DNA of 64,000 nt from the human T2T-CHM13v2.0 reference genome, Homo sapiens (GCF_009914755.1 NC_060926.1); one strand, 5' to 3'. Shown: positions 27,356 through 42,193, counted from the first letter of the stretch. Notes: generated by a model from the sequence alone, not told the origin. Program-made: numbers and translations.

Positions 27356-28434
27356 GTGGTAAAATAAAATGAAAATCAAAGTATTTCTTAGCTAGTATAT
27401 TTCATATTATGTGTAAGGCCATAGCAAAATAAATCAGTATATCTTGGTGGCAAATGATCAATTGACAAAGCCTTCTAGAATGAGTCATCTCAAAACTGGT
27501 AAGAAGGAAGTCACTCAGTATAAGCAGGAAGGGAATATGGATTTGACAGAGTATTCAAACTACACCGAAGCTTAAACACCACTTTACTGTTCATTTTATA
27601 TACAATAGATCTGAACTCTAAGAGGCCTGCAATCATTTAAAGTTATTGAATTAGTTTATCAATAGATTTTAAGCATTAATTTGGTTGAGTCTCATTCTGA
27701 ACTCCTTCATGCTATACAGTTTGCACATGGATGATACTCAGATGAAGTATTCTGATTGACTTTTCTACATTTCACAAATCAAACTCAAACAATATACAAT
27801 CATCTTGAATGAAGTGGTATGAGATTAGTAGCAAAAGGCTGAAAGAATCAGAAATGAGTTCTAATACTATGTCATTGATAAACAATGGACATTTTAACTT
27901 CAGGATACTAATTTTGAAAATGGAGACACTACATTCTGTTCAACTATTGGGACTATAAAGAAACTAGAGTAAGATCATGAAAATGGTAAATATCATAAGT
28001 TATTATCTCCAATTATCACAGGAAAGTTTGCAATTAAATACCATTTTCCTTAAAAGAGTAAGAATATATTTCAACTATGAAAAGTTTTTTTCTATATATG
28101 TATTTTTTTCTTAAAGTGGAGGTACAATTACACTACATAAATTAGTTGAGAATGCCACACCAAATATTGTATATGCTTTTCTCAGGGATGCATAAAAGTT
28201 TATTCTTGGGTGTGTTCTAACTTCAAAGAGAATTTTGTCTGAAATATATGGGACATTTTTACATCTCAAGCATATAGGCAATCATCATAAAAAAGTTATT
28301 TAGTTTCTAGTATTAACTAAGGCTTTATTTGATAGCTTAATGATCTTTAAAATAAAAACAAAACATTGCCATTTTCTGTTGATTTAGCCTCTCTTCTATG
28401 AAAGTCTCCAAGCCCCATTATCACACCTTCTAAC

Positions 28435-28769
<335 letters not shown>

Positions 28770-28791
28770 TAACACAATTCTTTTATTTACA

Positions 28792-29635
28792 AACCTTTTA
28801 TTTTGAAATACAGAATCACAGAAAGTTGTGAAAATGTACCAGAAATTCTTGTGTGTCCTTCACTCAGTTTCTTTCTTTGAGACGGAGTCTCACTCTGTGG
28901 CCCAGGCTGGAGTGCACTGGCGTGATCTCAGCTCACTATAACCTCCGCCTCCCAGGTTCAAGCTTTTCTCCTACCTCAGCCTCCTAGGTAGCTGGGATTA
29001 CAGGCACATGCCATCATGCTCAGCTAATTGTTTTTTGTTTTTTTTTTTTTTTAGTAGAGACGGGGTTTCACTATGTTGGCCAGGCTGATCTCTAACTCCT
29101 GACCTCAAATGATCCACCTGCCTCAGCCTCCCAAAGTTTTGGGAACACAGGTGTGAGCCACCATGACCGGCAATTTCTTACAATGATAATATCCTGTCTA
29201 GCTATAGTACAATATCTAAATTAGGAAATTGACTTTGGTCTAGAGATTATTCCGACTTCACTGGTTTTATATGTACTCATTTGTGTGTTTGTATAGTTAT
29301 AGGTAGTTTTATCATATGTGTAGATATATGTGGCCACCACCACAGTTAAAATACAGAACTGATTCCATCATCATAAGGATCCCTCTTGCTACCTCTCTTT
29401 GGCTTACACAACCCCTCTCCCCACTCCATCCTTGAGACTTGTCAAATCAATAATCTATTCTCCATCTCTATAATTTTGCCATTTCAAGAATGTCTTCTAA
29501 CTGGAATCATATTTATGTAACTTCTTCTGTTGGACTTTTTCATTCAGCATAGTTCCCCTGAGATCCATCTAAGTTGTTGTGTGTATCAATAGTTTATTCC
29601 TTTTTATTGTTGCATAGTATTCCATGGCATACCAT
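28792..29635 (-). mobile_element. Old L1M 3'-end fragment, interrupted by an Alu
   Basis: ttttattttgaaatacagaatcacagaaagttg...[Alu]...ggaaattgac...ctattctccatctctataattttgccatttcaagaatg...tttattcctttttattg. Confidence 0.85.
28868..29171 (-). mobile_element. Alu (AluS) with very short tail
   Basis: Antisense dimer; TSD approximately ca(g/a)tttctt. Confidence 0.96.
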
Positions 29636-30435
29636 GTAATATGTTATACACTGTGCATAACACATTTTAATACATGTATTAACTTAATACAGTGTTATTA
29701 ACTCTGGAAACAAATTTTTGTTTGTGTTTCTTCAAACATACAGCTTCTAAAACTGAAAATATTGGCTAGGAAGACATATCTAAATTATAAAGAACCAATT
29801 GTTCATATGCTGTATAAAAATGTTTGGAGTAAGAGGGCATACTTTCATAAAGTTTTTTTTTAAGTCCTAAAAAGAGGATTTTATCTAAAATAGAATGCAG
29901 CTTCTAAGTTCTAAAAATATTATATATCCTATTGAGTAGCTCAGTTTGTAGCTGGAAGAATTGTGCCTGTATCCCAGAAGGTCTTATAAATAATTTATTC
30001 AATTTCAGTATTTAATTTAATTCATTTACAAATGAGATGAGGTTAGATTATTCAGTGTAATAAGAAATCTGTTAGAGAAAATAGTATTTTTCATAGTTGA
30101 TTATTATAGTATCATTTTCTTTAAAGCATGAAATGCATCTTTTAAAATATTGATTAGAGACTATAATGTAACTTTGCTGTAATTACAATACTTGTCTTCC
30201 AGATACGTCCTGAAAATAGTTGGATTAAACAAATTAGTGAACATCCATTCAATAAAATACTATGTAGCAATTTATAATGATGATAAAGATATACAATTTA
30301 ATGACATGGGGATATATTCCTTAGATGTTAGTAATTTGCATAGCAGGTTACAAAATAGTTTACATAATATAATTATATTTTTGTAAAATGATACCTATAT
30401 ATCCACACAGGCATACAAATCGGAAGAATATATAC

Positions 30436-30745
30436 TTTTTTTTGGGGGGGGCGGTGGGGGACAGAGTCCTGCCCTGTCACCCAGGCTAGAGTGTAGTGGT
30501 GCAATCTCTGCTCACTGCAACCTCCTCCTCCCAGGTTCAAATGATTCTTGTGCCTCAGCCTCCTGAGTAGCTGGGATTACAGACATGCACCACCACTCCC
30601 GGCTAATTTTTTTGTATTTTTTAGTAGAGACAAGGTTTCGCCATGTTGGCCAGACTGGTCTCAAAATCTTGGCCTCAAGTCATCCGCTCCCATCGGCAGG
30701 CTGGGATTAGAGGTGCTGGGATTACAGGCGTGAGCCACCCGCCCC
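30436..30745 (-). mobile_element. Alu with G-run tail and internal rearrangement
   Basis: Antisense dimer; TSD GGAAGAATA at 30422-30430 and 30749-30757. Confidence 0.95.
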
Positions 30746-33700
30746 ACAGGAAGAATACGTAATAATTGTGTAGTAAAATACATATTTTTAAAGGGGCATT
30801 CTGGGCTACTGTTGTGTATATTACTCTTTAAACCCTTTAAAATAGTCTTGAACTCAATCTGACAAGATTACTGTTCTCATGTAAGAACAATATTTTCCTT
30901 TTACTACAGGGTCAATATTCTTGCACAATAGTATTGCATTCCTTTACTTATTCAGCTGTACCTAATTAGTTAACAAGTTCACTTTAATTATTTTCATAAA
31001 AATAATTCCATTTTTGATGATCCTTCCATATCCTCATCATCAATAAAAGCAGCAGTCACATAGCACTGATTAAAGAAATTACTTCAAAATTAAAACTACA
31101 AAAATAAAGGCTTCAATATCATAGTTTCTCTAAATGTATCAAATTCAGCTGTTAAATATATTTAGAGCCTACGAGTGTTCTGGTATTGTCCCACTCACAT
31201 CTTATGATTTCTTTTTCCTTTACTTTTTACCAAACAAAGCTGCTGTGTTATCATTTAGGCATTTATAATTTATTCCTGCTTCTTATTTTACAACAACTTT
31301 CAGTGATATTTATAAACTGTGGCATATTAGTGATTGATATTATGTATAACCTTGGGTAGACTTCTGGCAGGGCTTCTCTTCTGCTCTCTCTCCTGTCACT
31401 ACTGGCAGCATATACAAATTGTTAAATTGCCCTGAGTAAAGCTTTATTGTGCCACTAATATCTAATTTTCTTTTGAATTAAAAACTACCTTTCATATATT
31501 AAGCATCAGGATTAGTACTTCAAAGATACCCATTATAAAATTTCTCAATTAATAAGATACTCATAGAAAAATGGGGTCAATTATTGGCATAATTATATTC
31601 TTTTAATATTTTATATCCATTACCATTCTGTGGTCACAAAACTATCTCAAGGACATACTGTCTTTTAATTTGGAAAAAAAAAAGTTGAGCAATTTGAAAG
31701 TGGTTGTATGAACTACTTACAGAAAACAAACGTGAATCCTACACTGTTGATAATGACTATTACACTACTATTACTCCTTACAGTAACAGCTAATGCTTGT
31801 GTAGTAGTAATTACCATCAATTACCATCTATCTGTTATGTAATTTAACTCCTTTTGTCTTAACTACAACCCTATGAGTTAAGTGACTTGCCCACCAATTT
31901 ACTGGCTTACCCTTTGGTCATCAGATAGGGGAACTACAACTCAGACCCAGGTGGTCTGGTTCTGATTACATAATGGTAAAATGGTTATTACAGAAATTTA
32001 TCTGAATATGGACTACTTTGTGACTAATATTCACTTGAATTTTGTGTCCCCAATGCTTCCTTCATATTCAATCTTACCCGTGCCTATACTAATCATCAAC
32101 AGTTTAGCTTGAGAGCTGCAGCAGTTGACTAGTTTTCCAACAGCTAAACAGAAGATTCTGGCTATTTATATGAGCATTCTCTTAATGCTTTACTATATTA
32201 TGAACTGACCCTAAGGGCTAAATATTATTTACAAATCCAAGAATACAAATTCATAAATTCTAGCTATTTTTATGCCAACGTGGACTGCCAATTTGCTTTG
32301 AATTATATTAAAAGTTCAAAAACTTTAAAGTTCTTTACCCCCCCGATTCCCCAACTTCAAAACGTATTAGCTGTTACAATTCATACATGGACTAGCATTC
32401 TAAAGATGTGACAGTTCCCTTTGAAAGATAATGTTTGGAAGTCTCAAGACTTGAATTCCAGTGTCATCTTTGCTCTATGATGCTGGATAAGTTACTTAAA
32501 CTCTCTGGGTTTTATTTAATTCCTCTGGAAATTTAAACATAATTTCTATGAGAATGGACTTTTCTAAGATATTTTTACAAGAATCTAAGATGAATTAGAG
32601 ATTCACTTAATGATGACTGTCTGAAGGAACATGCATGAACTGGTCTAATTTAAAGAGATTTCTTTGAGTGATCTGTCATTTTTCTCTCCTCTTTGTTCAA
32701 ATTAAAGAACAACAACAGATAACGTTAAGTATTTTTATACTTCCTAAAAACAACTTTAACTGACAGAGTGAAAGGTATAAAACTTCACCCTGTAATAAAT
32801 TTGAGGCCATCTTTAGACAGAACAAAATTAATACGGCCCTGTAGATGAAAGATTTACACAGATCGATTTTCTGTGCCCATTGACAGAGCAACTGGATAAT
32901 CTGTGGTAGTCTTTTACACTTGAGCAGTTAAAACCTCAGATATATCCTGGACTGAAGATTGGTCAGCAGTTCTTTTCTGGTCCATGAATAATTAAAATCA
33001 TTCTTATTCTGTATTCTATAAATATGCAGAGAATGCAAGATTTGAACCATATACATTCCGCTGGAGAAGCTGCTTGGGTCCAAGCGAACCTCATCAGCGA
33101 TCACTTCAAAGATCAATTCTTCATGTCCACAGCATCATGTTTAAATGATTGTGTGTGATCCAGCTGCTTCTTGTCTCCTTGTTGCTTCATGCATGATCTT
33201 TACTCATGATCTCACAAACTATAGTGCTTCAATAGTAATTCTGCATTTTGTGCTAAATTTTAACAGTGATTGCCATTTTATAGGCTAATAGGCTGTTATT
33301 GTGCATATTTATTATAACACTTTTTTCTTTTCCTATCAATAACAGTGCTTTGCTTAGATAATGAGAAGCAATAATCTCTTTAAAATATTTACAAGTCTAT
33401 TCATCATGGGAAAAAATAATCTTACAAAGACAGCCTTCTCCACTGGCATTGCTTTTGATTGTCACTCTCCTCCCTCTTCCCAAGACAGGCATTTCCATAA
33501 TTGCATCTTATCTTTTTGTATAGACTGAGAAACTGGCAATAACTATGCCTGGGCAACTGTTTTTTGAGGAAACACACAAATACTACCTGATAATGTGATT
33601 ATATGCAATGATCTAACTTGCTCTTACTTTTAGGACTATTAATAATATTAATGATTTTAAAATATAATATTATCATAGTTTCTTATTCTGATTGTAGAGT

Positions 33701-33774
33701 GAGAAGAAAGAAATGTAAAGGTAGAATATAATAATAGTAATATTGTCTGTACTTAATTCCTTGGATGGCCTTTC

Positions 33775-34043
33775 TTTTTTGGTTTGTTTTATTTTTTATT
33801 TTTTAATTTTATTTTAAGTTCTGGGGTACATGCACAGGATGTGCAGGTTTGTTACATATGTAAACGTGTGCCATGGTGATTTGCTGCACCTATCAACCTA
33901 TCAACTAGGTATTAGGCCCAACATGCATAAACTATTTTTCCTGATGGTCTCCCTACCCCTGACCACCCCCACAGGTCTCAGGGTGTGTTGTTCCACTCCC
34001 TATGTCCATCTGCTGTCATTGTTCAGCTCCCACTTATAAGTGC
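33775..34043 (-). mobile_element. L1PA 3'-UTR fragment
   Basis: ttttaagttctggggtacatgcacaggatgtgcaggtttgttacat...ccatggtg...gttcagctcccacttataagtg. Confidence 0.93.
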
Positions 34044-34552
34044 ATGTTCTTAGATATACTCTCTTACTAATCTGTGTAGGGTAGATTCACTCCCTGAAGT
34101 CACTCATGGGGTTCTAATTTCTATAGCTGAGAAATGCCTTTTAGATGCCCTTGTTCTATCATACAAAAACACTGTTACTTATTAGAATTCCAGAAAAGTT
34201 TCCTAAACACCATCAAAAATTGTATGGCAAAGAACATGTTTGTACCTCATCAAATTTTATTTATGTTTTGATTATCTAATGTGCTAGTCATGTTTGTGAC
34301 TCTCCACACGAAATGATTTCCCATGTTTTCTTTCTACCATGCACCATCCTTATCATTAAGGAACACAAATACATTTAATATCAATGCAATCAGTGTAGAA
34401 GTGAGGCAATATGACACAGTATAAAACAGGCAGATATACAGTTATATATTTATCAACATGTCCCATAGATAACATATATCTATATTCCTTCAACTAAAAA
34501 GATTTGTTTAATATTGCCATTTATTATCCCATATTTCTATTTTAAAATGTTT

Positions 34553-34905
34553 TGCAGCCATAAAAACAAATGAGATCATGTCTTTTGCAGGAATATGGAT
34601 GGAGCTAGAGGCCATTTTTCTCAGCAAACTAATGCAGGAACAGAAAACCAAATACTGCATGTTCTCACTTATTAGTGGGAGCTAAATGATGAGAACTTAC
34701 GAACACAAAGAAGGAAACAACAGACACTGAGATCTATTTGAGGGTGGAGGGTGGGAGGAAGGAGTGGAGAAAAAAGACAACTGTCGGGTACTGGGCTTAA
34801 CAGCTTGGTGATTAAATGATCTGTCCAAGAAACCCCCATGGCTTGAGCTTACCTATGTAACAAATCTTCACATGTACCCCCAAACCTAAAATAAAAGTTT
34901 AAAAA
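34553..34905 (+). mobile_element. Older L1PA/PB 3'-UTR fragment
   Basis: gcagccataaaaac...gagatcatgtcttttgcagg...gttctcacttattagtgggagcta...cacatgtacccccaaacctaaaataaaag. Confidence 0.93.
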
Positions 34906-36454
34906 TATATCAAATGTTGGGATAATATGGACAGAGTCTCCTAGCAAACTTTTTTTCAGAAAATTATAGTCCACTTTTTGATGACGGTGATTTCAAAGGA
35001 AACTATACTTGAGTTCAGCTGCCAAATCTTTGTTTTTTTTTAGATGCATAACAGTTCAAGTACCATTCTCTCTTATTTTGTCACCTGGGAAAGAGGTCAA
35101 AAGCACAGTGGGACACTTTACGGGGAACCTGAGAGTCTAAGAACCATTCTTACATGCCATTAGCATATCAATTGATCATGAACATTTAAATTTGGTAGTT
35201 TTAGGAACTTAGTTTCCTTTTCCTAAAATGAAGACTTTGGATTAGTCTCTGAAGCAACTTTCTGCTCGAAATGTTGATGAATCCGAATCACCTTTTCATT
35301 CACTTGAAATGTAATGACGTTTTTGATGTCTACGTTACAGAGATTGAAGTAACGCATCTTTCCCCTTTTACACTATTATATTTTGTGATGTTTTGCTTTA
35401 AAAAGTTTTATTTTTTATTAATCTTCAAATTTCATATTTTTATCCTTGATAACTTCCTTCTAGAGATGAGGCCAGTGATAAGCAGTATCTTAATTCTCTT
35501 CTGTAAGTATTTTTTCCTTTTGCATATGTTCTCCCATTCAGTACAGATATCAATTTAGCTATTTCTTTATTCCAGACACAATTCTCCTCTGAGATTTTCA
35601 TCAATAAATAAAGAGACATGCTAATATCACAGCTACTTGACACCTACCAAAACCCTCATTAACTAGTGGACTACAACATAAGAGAATGAACATATTTTTT
35701 AAAGGCCTTATTGCAAGTCAAGTCACAAAGTTAATACTTCCACATGTATTTGCCACTCTTTTCCTTCAACAGAAAAAGAAATTCCAGTTGGTTGTAAAGT
35801 CAAATCTCTTGTCTTTTCAGTTTAACCAGCTGCACTCTAAGTCTCAAGACAACTCCCTCCTTATTCTATGTTTAATTGACTACCTTCCCTATGCCATTAT
35901 CCATCTGCATCTTTATGAACATAATCAAACCTCCAACCCTTCAGATCATCTGTGGGGCATTGCTATCACCAAATAGCAATTTAATGCTGAGCTTTATCTT
36001 TCCTGGGGATTTTATAAAGCCTTGAAAGAATAAAGAATCTAGCAGTTGGCACACTCACTTGCATGCAAACTTAGATTGTTAGGAAAAGAAAAAAACATTT
36101 AGATAATTAAATAGGATCATTTAATAGTTCACTCATTTCATAGGATGAGTGAGGCACCAGGGGAAAAGTGGATTGTTTGAGATAACACAGCTAGCCATGA
36201 TCCCATGTAGGAGAATAAGACTGCTCTAATATTTCACTCTAGCACCATCCCTATTACATCACACAACTTCCCACACTTCCTTCGTATTTTCCCATGATAA
36301 ATTATACCTTCTGATTTTTCCCCAACCTCTCGAATGCCCATAATGTAACTGAAGAAATATAGTTCCTTAAAAGTAGCTATGGTTTCTAAAGGCAACTCAA
36401 TGATTTTTAAAATACAATACAAATTGTTTTTTAAGTGTTTGTTTTGCTTTCCAG

Positions 36455-36669
36455 CTTCAAGCAGAACCATCGATGTGACAACCGAAGACACCAAAGAAGC
36501 AGTCCTTTATTATTCAAGATGTCATTAAAGTGCAGGGATCCTAAAACCCCATTCTAGATTATCCCTTAGTATGGATCAGGCTAAAATATTTGCTTCATGT
36601 GAGGCCCTAGGTCTTGAATATTGCATGGTTTCTTGTACTCTGCAAATTTCTTCTGAAGAACCCCCTTGG
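36455..36669 (+). other. Candidate exon (215 nt), probably non-coding
   Basis: Strong acceptor tgtttgttttgctttccAG and donor tgg|GTGAGT in apparently unique sequence. Confidence 0.35.
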
Positions 36670-39447
36670 GTGAGTGACTGTTGTCAGTATTTATATTAAT
36701 GAACTTTTGGAGCACAGGTATATCTCCAAAGAGGAAAGGCCTAATTTTGTCCCCAGAGCTACAAAGGTGTATGGCATGGCTGACACTCCCCAGTAGCTGC
36801 CCAAGGATAGCATGGTGGCAGATGCATTATCAGAACAAAAAGCCAAGAGTGCCCAGAGCTGAGGACCTGATCAAGTGAAACAATCAGTCCTCTCTGTGCT
36901 ACTTTGCAAATGGTTCATATACTTTTCAATTAGCACCTGTCATCTGGATGCACCAATTTTCGCAGAAATATTTTGAAAGGACAATTTTATTTCACGTTAG
37001 CTGGATGAAAATAAAACCAAATTCCTTCTAGTCAGAAATATGTTTGGAAAGATTGAATCCAAAGGTTCATATATCCATCATTGGCTCCAGATTTCATTAT
37101 AATGACTGCAGGTCAAGGATTCCTGCAAAGATTTTTTAAAAAAATAGTATTTTAGAAATCATATTTTGAAACCAGGTTTGCTTCTGTTTAGTTAACTCCC
37201 AGAGAAATATACTGTTTTTGGAACTCCCAACCCCACCCCACCAAAATATAATTTGCTTTTAAGAATGTAAAAGGATTATGGTTTACACAAGAAACTAAAA
37301 CAAATATAAGAAGAAAGTGCATGTATGCCAAAGTAATCGCTCTCTCTCTTACTCATTCTCTCTTTCTTATACACACACACACACACACACATGCACACTG
37401 ACATTAATAAGTCAGTAATGAGTATATTAGTGTCTCTATTTAAGTTTTCTGGTGGAAACCAAACTCTTAATGCTATTTTAATGAAGGATTTGTCAGTGAA
37501 TTGTTTCCAAGAGTGGTAAGGGAGCATGCAATCACATTTTTATAATGTTTGGCATCATTTTGGGGTGTAGGAACAAGCAGATTAACTAACTGAATGATAC
37601 AAAATGGTCCACTCCTCTTTTCTTAAAAAGACACATTGCTCCCTGCAAGGCTGCATGAAATACAATTTATTCTTTTTGGACAATTTCATAAAACAAAAGT
37701 GGAAAATTCATCCTAGAAAATCAGATATATAGAACACTACAATTTTATTACTATTTCTGGACAAATTTTCCTAACATCCTTGCAGCCTTCTATTATGATT
37801 CACAATGTCTGCAATGAGAGATTAGATGACAGAGTAACCTATTAAGGAACAGTTACTATGCTGCTGGATGCAGCTAATAATTCCTTTATTTTTCATTTTT
37901 ATTACTTTATAGTTTATGAATGTACAATCTACTCATTACCTATTATAAATATTTTGATTCAGCAATGGAAATATACACCAGTAAACAAAACCTACTTGAA
38001 GCTTTATGTATTACATACCCACCCATAAATGTATATCATAGCATTTGCTGCCTACTAGACTTATTTCTTGAGAATCTAGATGAACTCTTAATCTTAGCTG
38101 TAATAACTACCTGCAAACTTAGTATCATCTCTGCTGCTTTCACTGTTTTATCTACTGTCTGGAGTCATAATTAATTGGCCTCATTACTGTTTCTACTATG
38201 AAATACAGTCTTCTAAGACATTAATATTTTATCAGAGATACTAGTCTTGACCTAAAACAGAGAAGAATAAAAACATAATTGTGAGTTGGAAATTTTTTTA
38301 ACAATAACATAAAATAATCGATGTTTTGGCAAGAATTATGACAAGGCTGCAGATAGCGACACACAGCTCACTGAGTGTAAATGGAAAGAACTAAACAGGC
38401 TCTCATTGGTGTAACCCTTCTAAAACTCTCTAGCTAACATTCATGCCAAAACATCCAATATATCAAAGACTTTGTAGCAATCTGGAATAAAATCATTTGG
38501 TTTCCTCTAGACTGTTTCTGCAAGAAGTAAATATAACCCAGATACAATGAATGAAATGAAATTTTAGTGCACTGAGTTATGGTTTTCAAAAGTAAGAGCA
38601 ACTTTAGAACACTAAATTTAAAGTCATTCCTAAGAACCTTCTGGAACCTATGAAAATTGTATTAGGTTGGCAAAACCTTCTCTCGTCTTCCTATTTCTTT
38701 TTTTCATTTTTCTTGTTCTTTTTATCAGTCAATACTAAATAAGAATGTGCTGCCCAAAAAGTGAAGCTATAAATCGACTTCTGAAAAGCTTCCCTTTTTC
38801 TCCATGGGTCTCTATTTCATTAGGTCTTCTTTTATTTTACTTCTGTTGCCCACTGTTTAATTTCTGAGGCCAGTATTTTAATATCCTTTCAAGTATTGTT
38901 TTCAAGATGTATTGTGTAGCAGATCAGTAAACAAATAGTTATTTGCCTCTTACTCTATCCAAGGCACCGTACTAAATGCTATGCAGAGGTGAAAAGTATG
39001 CTTACTGCTATGCAATAAATTACAATCTAATGAGGAGCATAAAAAACACAATAATAATAAAATAGTTCAAGTGATTTTCAACCTTGGTTGAACGACGGAA
39101 TCACACATAGAGTTCTAAAAAGACTTGACACTAAGACCTTACCTCAAAATCCATTAAACTAGAAACTACTGTTGTCAATGTTTAAAAACTGAATGATAGG
39201 GACAATAGTATGGTTAGGATCCAGTGGAAGATGTTCTAAATGAGTACTCGTTGTAAATAGCACATCAAGTGTCCCTCAAGGGCAAGGATCCAGTGGAGCT
39301 TTAAATCTACGTAACATGAGGGAAAGTAATGCATTAGTACTGTTCTAAAGTTATTCATGGAATTCTCTCTTCTGATAGCTTATTATCTTCTGAGTTCATA
39401 GTAGATATTCCATATCTCAATGAACTGGTTTTATTAGGAAAAGAAGG

Positions 39448-39695
39448 TGTACTGGTTATCTGTTGCTGAATAATAAATTACCACAAAACTAAATGGCTTA
39501 AAACAACCATACACACGCATTATCCTCACTGTTTTTAAGAGTTAGTAATTCAGGGGTACTTAACTAAGCAGTTCAAGCTCATGGTCTCATGTGATTGCCA
39601 CCAAGTTTCTGACCCTGGCTATAGACAGCCAAAGGCTTGAGTAGGGCTGGAACATTAGCTTCCAAGGTAGTGCACTTACAGAGCTAGCATCACAT
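39448..39695 (-). mobile_element. MLT1-type MaLR LTR fragment
   Basis: tgtactggttatctgttgctgaataataaattaccacaaaactaaatggcttaaaacaacc...ggcttgagtagggctgga...cttccaagg. Confidence 0.8.
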
Positions 39696-39804
39696 TGTTC
39701 TTAGTCCATTGGTTTTGTATTTCTCCTTTTCCTTACCTGTATTTAAAAGTTTTCCTTAAGTTCTATTTTCCCCACTGTGATACCTAGGACTATCAAGTCT
39801 ACTT

Positions 39805-40040
39805 TTATTCAATACATTGTTACTGAGTATCTCTCCTAATCAAGACATTATGCCTTCTGTCTTTCCAAGCTTGAATACATCACAAGTTAAAGGGGGAAAC
39901 ACATTTGTTCACATGCAGCTACTATGCCTACTGTACTGTTTTAATTTACCATAATGGACACCACAAACAAAGGGCTACAGCAAACGAAAGGAGGAATGAT
40001 TAGTTACACAGGAGTGGTGTATAGGAAGAATTAAAAAAGT
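39805..40040 (-). mobile_element. L2 fragment
   Basis: ttattcaatacattgttactgagtatctc...caagacattatgc...; degenerate. Confidence 0.5.
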
Positions 40041-40047
40041 AAGCTGG

Positions 40048-40414
<367 letters not shown>

Positions 40415-42162
40415 CTATTGACTTAAGCCTCTTTTCTGGGACCACTGGTACTTTGTTATCCTGCCTGACACTTATAGCAAAATTAACATATGTCTAGGCT
40501 AAATAAACATATTAAGGAGGAGATGATATATGAATATAAAGTATATTAGGGGAGGCAGACCAAATAGCTTCAACATTTATAGTAAAACAAAATACAACAT
40601 CATTGGTAGCAAGTGAGAGAGGAGGGTTTGAAAATTCTTAAGATGTGAAAATGCATGAATTTTACTTGGAACTGATCCACATTTTTTTTTGTTTAGACTT
40701 TTAAAATAACTCTATAGCAACATTCAATAACTTGGGATTGTACTGGAAAAAGTAAACAGTGAAAGGGACACAGACCAGAAAATTAAAAATGGCTAGATGT
40801 CAATGGGAGAAGAAATTGAAGGTCCCAGAGAGGGCAGCCTGGAAAACGGTAAAAAAGATCTCCTGAAGTCTGAGAGGGTATAATGAATGGCAAAACTGTG
40901 AAGAGCCTGGAGAATCAAGGTCGTACTGCAGGTGAAGAGCTAGCAAACCTATTGCCAGGTCTTCTGATAACTGAATTAAAGTCATAATTCAGTTCTTGGG
41001 GTCAAAGATTGAAAACTCAGTATCTTTTTAGCCTGAAGTCAAAGAGGAATAGCTATTTTCCTCAAGTTTTACAAAGCTAACAACAGCAAGGTACATTGGT
41101 CTAACTTTTTCTTAACAACCTAGTGTAGGAAACAAACTCTGAAAAACCAACAGTCAAATGAGCTCTACAGTTTGTGACATGGGTCTTTACATTCTTGAAT
41201 GTGTTTCTGTTATTGCTGAACCTTATTTTTGTACAAGGGTCCATGTTTGAAGCATTTGAAAGATTTGAAATGTTGGAATTCCATTTTTAGCTGACTTTTT
41301 TATATACTGAGTTTTCTAGGCATTACTTTGGACAACAGGTTAATGCTTGCCTTGCTCTCTTTGGATGCTGTCTACTCCACACAGGTATAATCATACATAC
41401 ATTTCTATCTAGACATCATGAAGATTCCACTTCTGATTCACAAGAGCTATCACAATGTTGTACAAGTCCATATTCTTAGGATAAAAAGGTTAACTCTGTG
41501 TCTCAGCTTTGTGGGCAGAAGAAAAGAGAAGACATATGCCCTATTATTTGTGTTATATTACATGCATTATATTTTCGAAATGGCATTTCAAAGAAATAGC
41601 TACAAAATCAATAGTTCTTTTCTTCTTCATTTTTTTCTTAGAGCTGAAAACTGTTCAACAGCTTTATCGTATTAAATTAGGCTTTCTTAATCTTAAGCAG
41701 TGACTGGGTGAGTTTTCCTGGGGAAAAACAATTCTGAATTCCACAGTGTTTAGGAAATAATACAATCCAAATCTGAGAGAAAAATTTAACGCCAATACTG
41801 TGTAAATATTTCACAAAATATTTGTTCTCAAATATTCAACTTTCTATGTATACATTATACAGTTTTGACTCAAAGATCACTAAAATGAACCTAAAATAAA
41901 CCCACCACGGAATAGTAACTTCCAATAATCAGTCTTTCGCCTTAAGTGAATAAGGATCACAATAACATAAAATGCAGAGGCTATAAAGTAAAAAGCAGCA
42001 CTCAAATTGTAGAGCTGGGATAATACAACTAGGTGAAGTTAAAATTTGAAAGAAATAAATGGGTTGGTTTTGAGTGATGGTACTGCCCATGATTTTTTAC
42101 TTTAAATTTTTTGTCACTATTAACAAAAAATAAAGTTATTTGAAATAAAAATATAAGAAATA

Positions 42163-42164
<2 letters not shown>

Positions 42165-42193
<29 letters not shown>
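42165..42193. repeat. (TG)n microsatellite
   Basis: Direct reading. Confidence 0.95.
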
